IMG/VR virus record: IMGVR_UViG_3300047550_002736 | Strand: one strand, 5' to 3' | DNA from: an uncultured virus (IMG/VR IMGVR_UViG_3300047550_002736) | Taxonomy: Duplodnaviria > Heunggongvirae > Uroviricota > Caudoviricetes | Length of the DNA: 20,000 nucleotides | Part shown: positions 8,294-15,825 of the stretch, one piece after another | How the letters are laid out: each line of letters starts with the position of its first letter | Numbering within the stretch: the stretch's first letter is position 1 | The notes under the pieces: model-generated | What the model was told of the DNA's origin: nothing | Database searches by the model: none | What the model saw: only the letters and a program-made list of their open reading frames with translations | Translations under genes and position numbers: made by a program

Positions 8294-8899
8294 GATTTCA
8301 TCTACCAGACCATACTTGACACACTCTTCAGCACTCAAATAAATGTCATGCTTTAGAATTTCATCAAGATCAGCCTTGGTAAACTTTGTATGTTCCAGAT
8401 AAATTTTGATGATCTTTTCTGATAACATCTCAAGGTTTTTTGCTTCATCCTTGAAATTTTCGTGAGTGCCACCGCACCAACTACGTAGTTGATGAACCAA
8501 CATGACTGCATTTTTACCAATAAATCTACGTTTGCCACATACACTGATCAACGTTGCAGCACTAGCAGCAATACCTTCAACGTAAGTATGAATAGGAACC
8601 TTACAACTATTAATACGATCAATTGTTGTCAAAGCACTAAATATTTCGCCACCATCGCTGTTGATGAATAATTTGACATGTCCAGGCTTTGGCATACCCA
8701 ATTGAATTTGGGTGATCAACATTTGTTTTTCAAGATCTGAGATAGCTTTGTTCAAAGAAAAAATACTTCCAAGTGAGACATCACTGTAGAAGTATATTTC
8801 GTTACCGTGAACTTGACTTTGACCTCTGGATGGTTTTGTTATAATAATTTCTTCATCGTCGAAGTCTGCACTTGGTCTTTGATTTTTGTATTTATACAT
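8288..8899 (-). CDS. clpP: ClpP-like serine protease (peptidase S14)
   Basis: FINSDGG, catalytic Ser in GIAASAAT, His in MLVHQ, Asp in HDIYLSAEECVKYGLVDEI. Confidence 0.9.
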   Translation of the reverse strand: MYKYKNQRPSADFDDEEIIITKPSRGQSQVHGNEIYFYSDVSLGSIFSLNKAISDLEKQMLITQIQLGMPKPGHVKLFINSDGGEIFSALTTIDRINSCKVPIHTYVEGIAASAATLISVCGKRRFIGKNAVMLVHQLRSWCGGTHENFKDEAKNLEMLSEKIIKIYLEHTKFTKADLDEILKHDIYLSAEECVKYGLVDEIL

Positions 8900-8916
8900 A
8901 ACTTATACAATACATA

Positions 8917-9414
8917 TCAATTATTTTTCGAGTCAAACTTAAATTCTTCTTGACGATTTAAAATTTTACGAAGTTCTTCATCATCAATATATTTGAAGTC
9001 TGTTCCTTTTGCTAAACTTACATGATGAGTTTTTATCCAACCTTTTCTATTATAACCAATATCTTCAACTTTACCAGATGATTCACAAATAAATCCACTG
9101 ATATATTCAGCAAATTGGATTGAAGCTCTCGTTTGTTCATCGCCGCCATCTGTATAAAACCTAAGAGTTCCAAATTTCTCTTTGCACTGAACTACTTTTA
9201 TTTGTTCAACCTTTTGATATGTGTCTGGAAATTTCTCAGCCATGCTATTTTGTTGATCAATATACTGTTGAAGATATCGACTCAACCACAAAATAAGTCT
9301 AAACCATCCATCATCACATTCAAATTGATACAATGCAAATGGACGATTTGAATCTACTTCAGTATATAATTTAGGAAACTTTTTGATCAAATACGATTGT
9401 AACTGTGGACTCAT
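8917..9414 (-). CDS. conserved phage-type hypothetical protein (GW...QxKEKFGxLRFY family)
   Basis: FECDDGWFRLI...VQCKEKFGTLRFY...ICESSG...GWIKT; GGAGGT Shine-Dalgarno-like sequence just upstream of the ATG. Confidence 0.75.
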   Translation of the reverse strand: MSPQLQSYLIKKFPKLYTEVDSNRPFALYQFECDDGWFRLILWLSRYLQQYIDQQNSMAEKFPDTYQKVEQIKVVQCKEKFGTLRFYTDGGDEQTRASIQFAEYISGFICESSGKVEDIGYNRKGWIKTHHVSLAKGTDFKYIDDEELRKILNRQEEFKFDSKNN

Positions 9415-9607
9415 TATTACCTCCGAAATTATAGGTGGGAATTGCTGTAGGGAAAACTTGGGTATAACTAATAAAAGTAATTTCGTTTATGTCTTTGACA
9501 AACTGTATAACATCAATCGGATATTCCGGTCTCAGATTATGCTTTTGAAAAACTTTTTGTAGTGATTGTGAATCAACGTGATATTCTCTATTTGTAAATG
9601 TAGTCAT
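9371..9607 (-). CDS. hypothetical protein
   Basis: 78 aa; starts 6 nt after a sigma70-type -10; overlaps the next gene by 44 nt. Confidence 0.6.
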   Translation of the reverse strand: MTTFTNREYHVDSQSLQKVFQKHNLRPEYPIDVIQFVKDINEITFISYTQVFPTAIPTYNFGGNNESTVTIVFDQKVS

Positions 9608-9613
9608 ATTAAT

Positions 9614-9642
9614 AGACTACAACACTTAATCTTGATTGTCAA
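9614..9642 (-). promoter_or_regulatory. sigma70-type promoter, leaderless geometry
   Basis: TTGACA (9642-9637), 17 nt, TAGTCT (9619-9614), 6 nt to ATG at 9607. Confidence 0.65.
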
Positions 9643-10012
9643 CTCCAAAAGTATTAGCATATATTGCTAGTTCTGGATTGGCATATCCAAATTTTTTGAC
9701 TAGTTGACCAGCAACAGCGTTTGCTTCATCTTCTATCTTTCCACCAACGTCTGGATGTTGAACATCTAGTTCTTGACGTTGATTTTGTAGATGATGAACC
9801 AATTCATGAGCTATACTTCTCAAAACATCAGCAACACCTCTATTTTTACAATACACTTTTATCAACCCACTGGATTTGTCGTAATAAGCATATGTTCGTA
9901 AATCATCATCACGTTGTGTAGCTAGTTTGACTTTAAATGGACGATTAATATTAAGTTCGTCATTTACAAACTTTAAAAATTTAGCAACCAATAATTTTTT
10001 ATTGCCTATCAT
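9626..10012 (-). CDS. HExxH zincin-like metallopeptidase-domain protein
   Basis: DVLRSIAHELVHHLQ plus downstream EDEANAVAG. ATG at 10012 (MIGNKK) preferred over 10081 because an ATATTTATA motif lies 9 nt upstream of it. Confidence 0.75.
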   Translation of the reverse strand: MIGNKKLLVAKFLKFVNDELNINRPFKVKLATQRDDDLRTYAYYDKSSGLIKVYCKNRGVADVLRSIAHELVHHLQNQRQELDVQHPDVGGKIEDEANAVAGQLVKKFGYANPELAIYANTFGVDNQD

Positions 10013-10074
10013 ATCAATACTTATAAATATCCATACGTTATTGTTATGTATGGTTTTTAACCAAATAATTAAAT

Positions 10075-10164
10075 ATGACAACTACTCCTATTAAAACGAC
10101 TTCAAATCCTCCAATTGGATCATCAAGTCCACAGCAAAAATACTATACGACTACAAAGAAGTAA
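10075..10164 (+). CDS. candidate 29-aa small protein (not in ORF track)
   Basis: ATG..TAA encoding MTTTPIKTTSNPPIGSSSPQQKYYTTTKK; fills an otherwise empty gap and is followed directly by a terminator. Confidence 0.4.
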   Translation: MTTTPIKTTSNPPIGSSSPQQKYYTTTKK

Positions 10165-10174
10165 GTATTAACAC

Positions 10175-10200
10175 AAAAGGCTCCTACCGGAGTCTTTTTT
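10175..10200. terminator. intrinsic terminator, probably bidirectional
   Basis: AAAAGGCTCC-TACC-GGAGTCTTTTTT stem-loop with an A-run before and T-run after, abutting the SNase stop at 10199. Confidence 0.75.
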
Positions 10201-10660
10201 ATTTTACACCAGCTTGTTCGTAAGTGAGTTTGACATCACCACGATCAATCAATATCTTACGGTTAGCTAAATGTAAATCACGAACATTATCTTTGTTTTC
10301 TCCCATATACTTCACCGCAAAATTCTTACTCACCAACTCCTCGTTCAATATAGCTTTGGTATCGGGATTCACAACTTCTCCTAATATACGACCAAACTTC
10401 TCCTTCTCTACATCACTAGCAATCTTGGTTCGTATAACCACATGTTTCTTACATGCATCAACAAATTTCTTACAGTAATCTTTGCTCGCTAATCCAAACA
10501 CCTTCTCAACTTTATCGCTAGTTCTACTCTCAGGTGTATCAACTCCCAATAAACGAACTTTCTGATTTGCCAATACAACATCAAAACCCAAATCAATGTC
10601 TACTACAACTGTATCTCCGTCTACCACTTCAGTGACTGTCGCATGATATTCATAAGGCAT
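10199..10660 (-). CDS. thermonuclease (SNase/micrococcal nuclease family)
   Basis: VVDGDT, VRLLGVDTPE and KFGRILG catalytic motifs; YEY..DIDLGF N-terminus; no signal peptide. Confidence 0.9.
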   Translation of the reverse strand: MPYEYHATVTEVVDGDTVVVDIDLGFDVVLANQKVRLLGVDTPESRTSDKVEKVFGLASKDYCKKFVDACKKHVVIRTKIASDVEKEKFGRILGEVVNPDTKAILNEELVSKNFAVKYMGENKDNVRDLHLANRKILIDRGDVKLTYEQAGVK

Positions 10661-10661
10661 A

Positions 10662-11027
10662 TTATTCTAGTGTTAACAAATACTTTAGTTTATTTAACTG
10701 ACCCAACATTTCATCACGGATATTCAATAGATCTGTATCTTTCTTTTGATCTAATTCTTTTGGAAGATCGTCAATCAAATATGATATGGAACTATCAACA
10801 AATTTCGAAACAGCTGATGCATCATAGTTACCCAACTCTATCGTGAATGGTCCTTGAACTCTACCATACTTACCCATAAAGACTTCCACAAATTCGTCAA
10901 TCATATCAGTGAATTCATCATATGCCCCACCTAAAGCTTGATGTTGAGCATAACTACCTTTACCTTTGGTTTGCCAATGGTAAATTTTAAGTTGATTTTG
11001 TATGGTTAATAATTTTGTGACTAACAT
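10662..11027 (-). CDS. Dps/ferritin-like protein (DUF5856-like)
   Basis: KIYHWQT...YAQHQAL...YD...IDEFVE...LLNIRDEM...KYLLTL four-helix-bundle pattern with His/Asp/Glu ligands. Confidence 0.75.
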   Translation of the reverse strand: MLVTKLLTIQNQLKIYHWQTKGKGSYAQHQALGGAYDEFTDMIDEFVEVFMGKYGRVQGPFTIELGNYDASAVSKFVDSSISYLIDDLPKELDQKKDTDLLNIRDEMLGQLNKLKYLLTLE

Positions 11028-11078
11028 ATCTTATAAATATAATTAAAATAACTGAAAACAATTTCTATAATTCTATAT

Positions 11079-11885
11079 ATGGCTGTTATGTCACTATTCG
11101 ATAAAAAAGCAAAATGTTATATACATATTCCTTGGCCAAACGAAGACTTTTTAACAGATGAAGTAAAACGTAAAACCATCATTCTGGTTCCAGTAGGTTC
11201 ACATATTGAACCAGCATGTGATGATGCACTTCGTCAATTGGAAAAAGAAGGAATAAAGGTATATCGAAAATACGGTTTTAGTGCTATTGATCAAGGTCGA
11301 TGTGTCATGGCTCAACAAGCAATTGATGAAGATTATGAACATTTGTTTTGGATTGATAGTGATATTGCTTTTCATCCAACTGATGTATATAAGATTATCA
11401 ATAGAAACATAAACACTAAAGGTGCATATCCCTTTACAACAGGAGCGTATACTGTAAAAGGTTGGCCTGCATTAACTACAAAATTTCATGATGACTTTGA
11501 TCAAGTATTTTTTGGTAGACATGGTGGTTTATATGAAGTAGAGTATGCGGCAACTGGATTTATGTATACTCATGTAAGTGTTTATGAAAATATTAAGTTG
11601 CAGTATGGCATGAATCCAGTTAGAATATGGGGAGGACAATATACTGTTCATCCATGGTTTTTGCCTATGATTATAGGTGATGAATATGTAGGCGAAGATT
11701 TTGCTTTTTGTCACAGAGCTAAACAATCTGGTATTGAAATTTTTTGTGATACAACAATAAGATTGGCACATATAGGAAAATATAGCTACAGTTTTGATTT
11801 TCTTTCTAGAGAGCCTAAACTAAATGAACCTGAAAGTATTATATTTTATAATGAATCCGAACCAAAGCCGGCAACTATTTATTGA
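11079..11885 (+). CDS. GT-A-fold glycosyltransferase-like protein
   Basis: R...LFWIDSDIAF (DxD), AATGFM, GEDFAFC and LAHIG motifs. Confidence 0.75.
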   Translation: MAVMSLFDKKAKCYIHIPWPNEDFLTDEVKRKTIILVPVGSHIEPACDDALRQLEKEGIKVYRKYGFSAIDQGRCVMAQQAIDEDYEHLFWIDSDIAFHPTDVYKIINRNINTKGAYPFTTGAYTVKGWPALTTKFHDDFDQVFFGRHGGLYEVEYAATGFMYTHVSVYENIKLQYGMNPVRIWGGQYTVHPWFLPMIIGDEYVGEDFAFCHRAKQSGIEIFCDTTIRLAHIGKYSYSFDFLSREPKLNEPESIIFYNESEPKPATIY

Positions 11886-11887
11886 TA

Positions 11888-12349
11888 ATGAAATTTGACA
11901 CTTACATTGTTGAAGGAACAAATTGGAAATGTAAGGTGGATTTAGAAAAAAATACTGGTCTAAATAAAGAGTATCAGTTAATTGAAGCAGCAACTAGATC
12001 GTTAGAACATTTATTTGGTAATTATGATCACATGGATTCTGTAGAAGTTTTTGAACTACGAGATACAGATGGCATAGATTATTTTAAACAAATAAATTAT
12101 GAAGATGTTCCAGAACCAGCATTGGGATTATTGACAAAAATATACAGTCTTAAAGATGTCAAAAAAACTAACAATCACTACGTAATAAAAACCAAGAATT
12201 TATTGGAAAATGCTGGTATAAATTATGCTTTAACTTTGGTTGATATATTAGAAAAAGAAATTCATTTAAAAAATCCAAAGTTGATAGAAACCATACAAGA
12301 TTTAATGAAAGATAAAATTATAATCAAGTATGGAGATTTGCCTGACTGA
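11888..12349 (+). CDS. hypothetical protein, apparent paralog of 1992..2348
   Basis: ATG at 11888 preferred over TTG at 11882; shares NW..V, IEAATRSLE and TKNLLENAG motifs with the 1992..2348 product. Confidence 0.7.
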   Translation: MKFDTYIVEGTNWKCKVDLEKNTGLNKEYQLIEAATRSLEHLFGNYDHMDSVEVFELRDTDGIDYFKQINYEDVPEPALGLLTKIYSLKDVKKTNNHYVIKTKNLLENAGINYALTLVDILEKEIHLKNPKLIETIQDLMKDKIIIKYGDLPD

Positions 12350-12851
12350 TATATTGTTTTGATAAATATTCTTTGGCTTGTTTGTTGTGAATCCAACCTT
12401 TAATTTTTATAGGGTTGGGTTTTTTATTTACTTTTTTGTATATTCTAAAAAAATTTTCAGCTACTGTTAAAAACATAGGATCAATATCATCTATATCTTG
12501 ATAATTGTTCGGATTAAATAGAGGCACACCTACCAACTTATAATCTTTTTTTCCATGATCATAGGTCATCAATGCTCCCAGTATTCTAAGTTCAACCAAA
12601 GTCAACGGAAGTAATGGAACACTATTGTATACCAATATATCAACAGGATCACCGTCATCAGCTAAAGTGCTTGGTATAAATCCATAACTAGCAGGATACT
12701 GAATAGAACTCATTAAACACCTATCCATCTTCATAAGACCACTTTCTGGGTCATATTCATATTTGGCATTTGTGTCTTTTGGTATTTCTATAATTGACTT
12801 TACTATATTTGGAAACTCACTATGTTGTTTGATATATAACAAATTTTGCAT
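12324..12851 (-). CDS. ppa: soluble inorganic pyrophosphatase, family I
   Basis: IEIPK..KYEYD, DR, YPASYGFIP, DDGDPVD, D....DYK and FF..YK: the family I active-site residues appear intact. Confidence 0.95.
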   Translation of the reverse strand: MQNLLYIKQHSEFPNIVKSIIEIPKDTNAKYEYDPESGLMKMDRCLMSSIQYPASYGFIPSTLADDGDPVDILVYNSVPLLPLTLVELRILGALMTYDHGKKDYKLVGVPLFNPNNYQDIDDIDPMFLTVAENFFRIYKKVNKKPNPIKIKGWIHNKQAKEYLSKQYISQANLHT

Positions 12852-12854
12852 ATT

Positions 12855-13043
12855 TTAAAAAACTATTTCAACCTTACAACTTTTTCTAGTATAGAATCCT
12901 TCATCGATAATATATTTCACAACTAAATCACATTGAGGTCTAAAATCTTCCAGAGGCATATTAGCAGGCTTCCAAATTCTGACGGTTCTATCGTCTTTGA
13001 TTAGAAACTTTACACCTCGGATTTTACCCTCAAAATTTTCCAT
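12855..13043 (-). CDS. small hypothetical protein
   Basis: 62 aa; ATATTTATA motif 9 nt upstream; stops 3 nt before the ppa start. Confidence 0.6.
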   Translation of the reverse strand: MENFEGKIRGVKFLIKDDRTVRIWKPANMPLEDFRPQCDLVVKYIIDEGFYTRKSCKVEIVF

Positions 13044-13100
13044 ACTTCTGTGTATAAATATACAACTGTTTGCAACAAAAGTAAAAACAAAATTTTAGTG

Positions 13101-13128
13101 TTGACTTTTTTATTTTTAGATGTATGAT
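13101..13128 (+). promoter_or_regulatory. sigma70-type promoter, leaderless or near-leaderless geometry
   Basis: TTGACT (13101-13106), 16 nt, TATGAT (13123-13128), 8 nt to ATG at 13137. Confidence 0.65.
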
Positions 13129-13136
13129 ATAAAAAT

Positions 13137-13700
13137 ATGGTTGATACAGTCAAGAAAATTAACAAACGTCTAGAAAATTCAGAATTAACTGATTTGGAAC
13201 CTTGGTATAAAACCAACAAATACGGCGATTGGATATTGGATCATGTTGCATATGGATGGCGTATTTATTACAAGTATTATGATGTAAAACGTTGGATTAT
13301 TAGCACATATCAACGCATGCGTTATGGTGTTAGTGACAGTGAATGTTGGAGTTTGGATTGGACATTTACAAAGTTTATTCTTCCAAGACTAAAACATTTC
13401 AAGAAGATTAATGTTCATACCCATCCACCTGATATTACGCCTGAACGATGGGAAGAAATTTTGGATGAATTGATTTGGACATTTGAATATATGCTTGATG
13501 AAGAAAAGTTTAATCCAATTCCTTCGTATACATATGAACGTGGTAATATGGATGATTACTTTAAAAAGGTCGAACGTGAAAAAACTCCAGAACAAAAACA
13601 AGCTTGGGACAATTATATTAAAAAATCCCAAGAACTGGAAGAACGTCGTAAAAAGGGAATGTTATTGTTTGCTGAATACTATCAACAACTATGGGATTAA
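13137..13700 (+). CDS. conserved phage-type hypothetical protein
   Basis: WSLDWTF..ILPRLKHFK...P...W..ILDELIWTFE...GMLLFAEYYQQLWD pattern; first gene of an operon with dCMP deaminase. Confidence 0.75.
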   Translation: MVDTVKKINKRLENSELTDLEPWYKTNKYGDWILDHVAYGWRIYYKYYDVKRWIISTYQRMRYGVSDSECWSLDWTFTKFILPRLKHFKKINVHTHPPDITPERWEEILDELIWTFEYMLDEEKFNPIPSYTYERGNMDDYFKKVEREKTPEQKQAWDNYIKKSQELEERRKKGMLLFAEYYQQLWD

Positions 13701-14209
13701 ATTATACACCACCAGATTGGAACGAATGGTTTTTACAAGGAGTTTATTGGGTTGCTAGTAAATCCAAAGATCCCAAGACTAAGATTGGCGCTCTTATTGT
13801 AAAAGATAAAAGAATTATTTCTACTGGTTATAATGGAATTCCAATTTGTGTAAATGACGAGGATGGAACCAGACATTCACGGCCAGAAAAATACAAGTGG
13901 TATGAACATGGTGAACGTAATGCTATTTACGCAGCTGCCAAGTATGGTATCAACACTGATGGCGCAATTCTTTATACCAATGCTTTACCATGTGCTGATT
14001 GTGCTAGAGGTATAATTCAAAGCGGTATTAAAGAAGTATACGTTCATAAACAATATAATGATATGTGTGAACTGACACAACGAGAACAATGGAAGGGTCA
14101 TGATAATGTCACATTCACAATGTTTAATGAAGCTGGAGTTAGAATTCATAATATTGACAAAATTATTGGATGTAAAGCATACTTCGATGGCAAACAGTTT
14201 GATATATAA
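13691..14209 (+). CDS. dCMP deaminase (ComEB/T4 cd family)
   Basis: SKDP..KIGA, TGYNG, HGERNAI (HxE) and PCADCA (PCxxC) zinc-deaminase motifs. Confidence 0.93.
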   Translation: MGLNYTPPDWNEWFLQGVYWVASKSKDPKTKIGALIVKDKRIISTGYNGIPICVNDEDGTRHSRPEKYKWYEHGERNAIYAAAKYGINTDGAILYTNALPCADCARGIIQSGIKEVYVHKQYNDMCELTQREQWKGHDNVTFTMFNEAGVRIHNIDKIIGCKAYFDGKQFDI

Positions 14210-14214
14210 AAGAT

Positions 14215-14481
14215 ATGACATATAAACCTGTTTTCAAATTTGTATATCCGTGTTTCCAACTTAATTTCGAAAAATCTTGGTGGGACTATTATAGTGTAAG
14301 TTTTTTCTTTCCATTTTTTGAATCATCTAAATTTAGAGAAGAAATGGATATATCAGAAAATACAATTTATGCTATTAATGCGCCTACAACATTAAGTGTT
14401 GTAAACTCTAATATTCATCGTGGGTTTAAAATTCAATTATTAGGGTTTGGTATTGGTCTTCTTAGACAAGATGGTTACTGA
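14215..14481 (+). CDS. hypothetical protein
   Basis: 88-aa aromatic-rich ORF starting 5 nt after the deaminase. Confidence 0.55.
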   Translation: MTYKPVFKFVYPCFQLNFEKSWWDYYSVSFFFPFFESSKFREEMDISENTIYAINAPTTLSVVNSNIHRGFKIQLLGFGIGLLRQDGY

Positions 14482-14861
14482 TAATAACCCTCTTTTTTAA
14501 TATTATCAAAAAATTTTGTGTTAGAATTATTTGTTCTATAAACTAATATTTCTTTATCTTTGAGTCTAAAGAATTTTTTGGCACGTTTATATAAATTAGT
14601 TCCAATTTTTTGACGACGGTATAGTTGTTTAACATATACCATAAATTGCCATTTTCGTTTTTTGTCAAATTTTATAATAGCCCATCCGATAAATTTATCA
14701 CCCTCTTTTGCTATAAAAACTTGATTGTTTGGAGGATTTTCTGGCTTACAACATTCAACAAAAACATTATAAATAGCGCCACTTGATACCATTTTGGCAC
14801 AAGCCTTTTCTTCTAAAAGTGTCAAATCTTTAGCAAATTTAGAATAAATCCTAACGGACAC
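14475..14861 (-). CDS. GNAT-family acetyltransferase
   Basis: VFIA....IGWA strands and acetyl-CoA motif A VYVKQLYRRQKIGTNL; GTG start 4 nt after an ATATTTATA motif. Confidence 0.7.
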   Translation of the reverse strand: MSVRIYSKFAKDLTLLEEKACAKMVSSGAIYNVFVECCKPENPPNNQVFIAKEGDKFIGWAIIKFDKKRKWQFMVYVKQLYRRQKIGTNLYKRAKKFFRLKDKEILVYRTNNSNTKFFDNIKKEGYYQ

Positions 14862-14864
14862 ATA

Positions 14865-15824
14865 TTATAAATATGATTTAATTGTGTCAGAAAGTGATTC
14901 TCTAAAGTCTGTCAATTCAAGTTTGGAAAATTCTAATTTAAAATCAGTTATATCAATTGAGTAACGGTAGTCATGACCTTTTCTATCTTCGACATATTTA
15001 AACCATTCCCAATCACTCGGGTCTATACCTGTTAATAATTTATATGTATCTTTAATACAATGAATTAACTCAAAATTGGTTATTTCATTTTCACCACCAA
15101 TAAGATATTGTTTACCTATGGTTCCCTCCCGTAATACTGTCCATAAAGCTCTGACGTGATCTTTTACATAAATCCAATCTCTTATATTTTGTCCAGTTCC
15201 ATATAAAGGTATTGGTTCTTTATTTTTTAGTCTTTCAATACAAAGAGGAATCATTTTTTCAGTGAATTGTCGTGATCCAAAATTATTACTACAATTTGTG
15301 ATAATTGCGGGTAATTTATATGTCCTCACAAATGATCGAACCAAAAGATCACTAGCAGCTTTACTAGCGGCATATGGACTATTTGGTTTATAAGGAGTAT
15401 CAACATTAAATGCAGATTCTTTGTAAGATAATGAACCATAAACTTCATCTGTTGATACATGAACAAATCTAAAGTTTTTTTGTTGTTTATATTCTAATAA
15501 ATCACTTAATATTTTATGAGTGCCAATGATATTTGTTTGAATAAATGGTGTCGAATCACTGATACTATTGTCCACATGACTTTCAGCAGCAAAATGAATT
15601 ATATAATCAATATTATAACTTTTTAATAATGTCAAAATAGAATCTTTTGATATATCATAATTATAATGGTGGTATTTTGCATTTGACTCAAATGGTAAAT
15701 TTTTGTTGGCTGCATACGTCATACAGTCAACATTTACAATATTTTCTACATCTGGTCTATCAATAAATTCTTCTATGAAGTGTGATCCTATAAATCCACA
15801 CCCTCCAGTAACTAATATATTCAT
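14865..15824 (-). CDS. rmlB: dTDP-glucose 4,6-dehydratase
   Basis: MNILVTGGCGFIGS, HFAAESHVDNSI, HVSTDEVYG, PNSPYAASK, RDWIYVKDH, DRKGHD.RY; ATG at 15824 preferred. Confidence 0.96.
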   Translation of the reverse strand: MNILVTGGCGFIGSHFIEEFIDRPDVENIVNVDCMTYAANKNLPFESNAKYHHYNYDISKDSILTLLKSYNIDYIIHFAAESHVDNSISDSTPFIQTNIIGTHKILSDLLEYKQQKNFRFVHVSTDEVYGSLSYKESAFNVDTPYKPNSPYAASKAASDLLVRSFVRTYKLPAIITNCSNNFGSRQFTEKMIPLCIERLKNKEPIPLYGTGQNIRDWIYVKDHVRALWTVLREGTIGKQYLIGGENEITNFELIHCIKDTYKLLTGIDPSDWEWFKYVEDRKGHDYRYSIDITDFKLEFSKLELTDFRESLSDTIKSYL

Positions 15825-15825
15825 A

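Noticed and set aside
10013..10081. N-terminal extensions given by the ORF track (10081, also 1995, 11882, 15848)
   Set aside because: Downstream ATGs at 10012, 1989, 11888 and 15824 fit family N-termini, gene packing or upstream motifs better.
4275..14873. Reading the TATAAATA sites as canonical T4 late promoters
   Set aside because: In that orientation most point away from the adjacent start codon; the consistent 4-18 nt spacing holds for the TATTTATA orientation on both strands.
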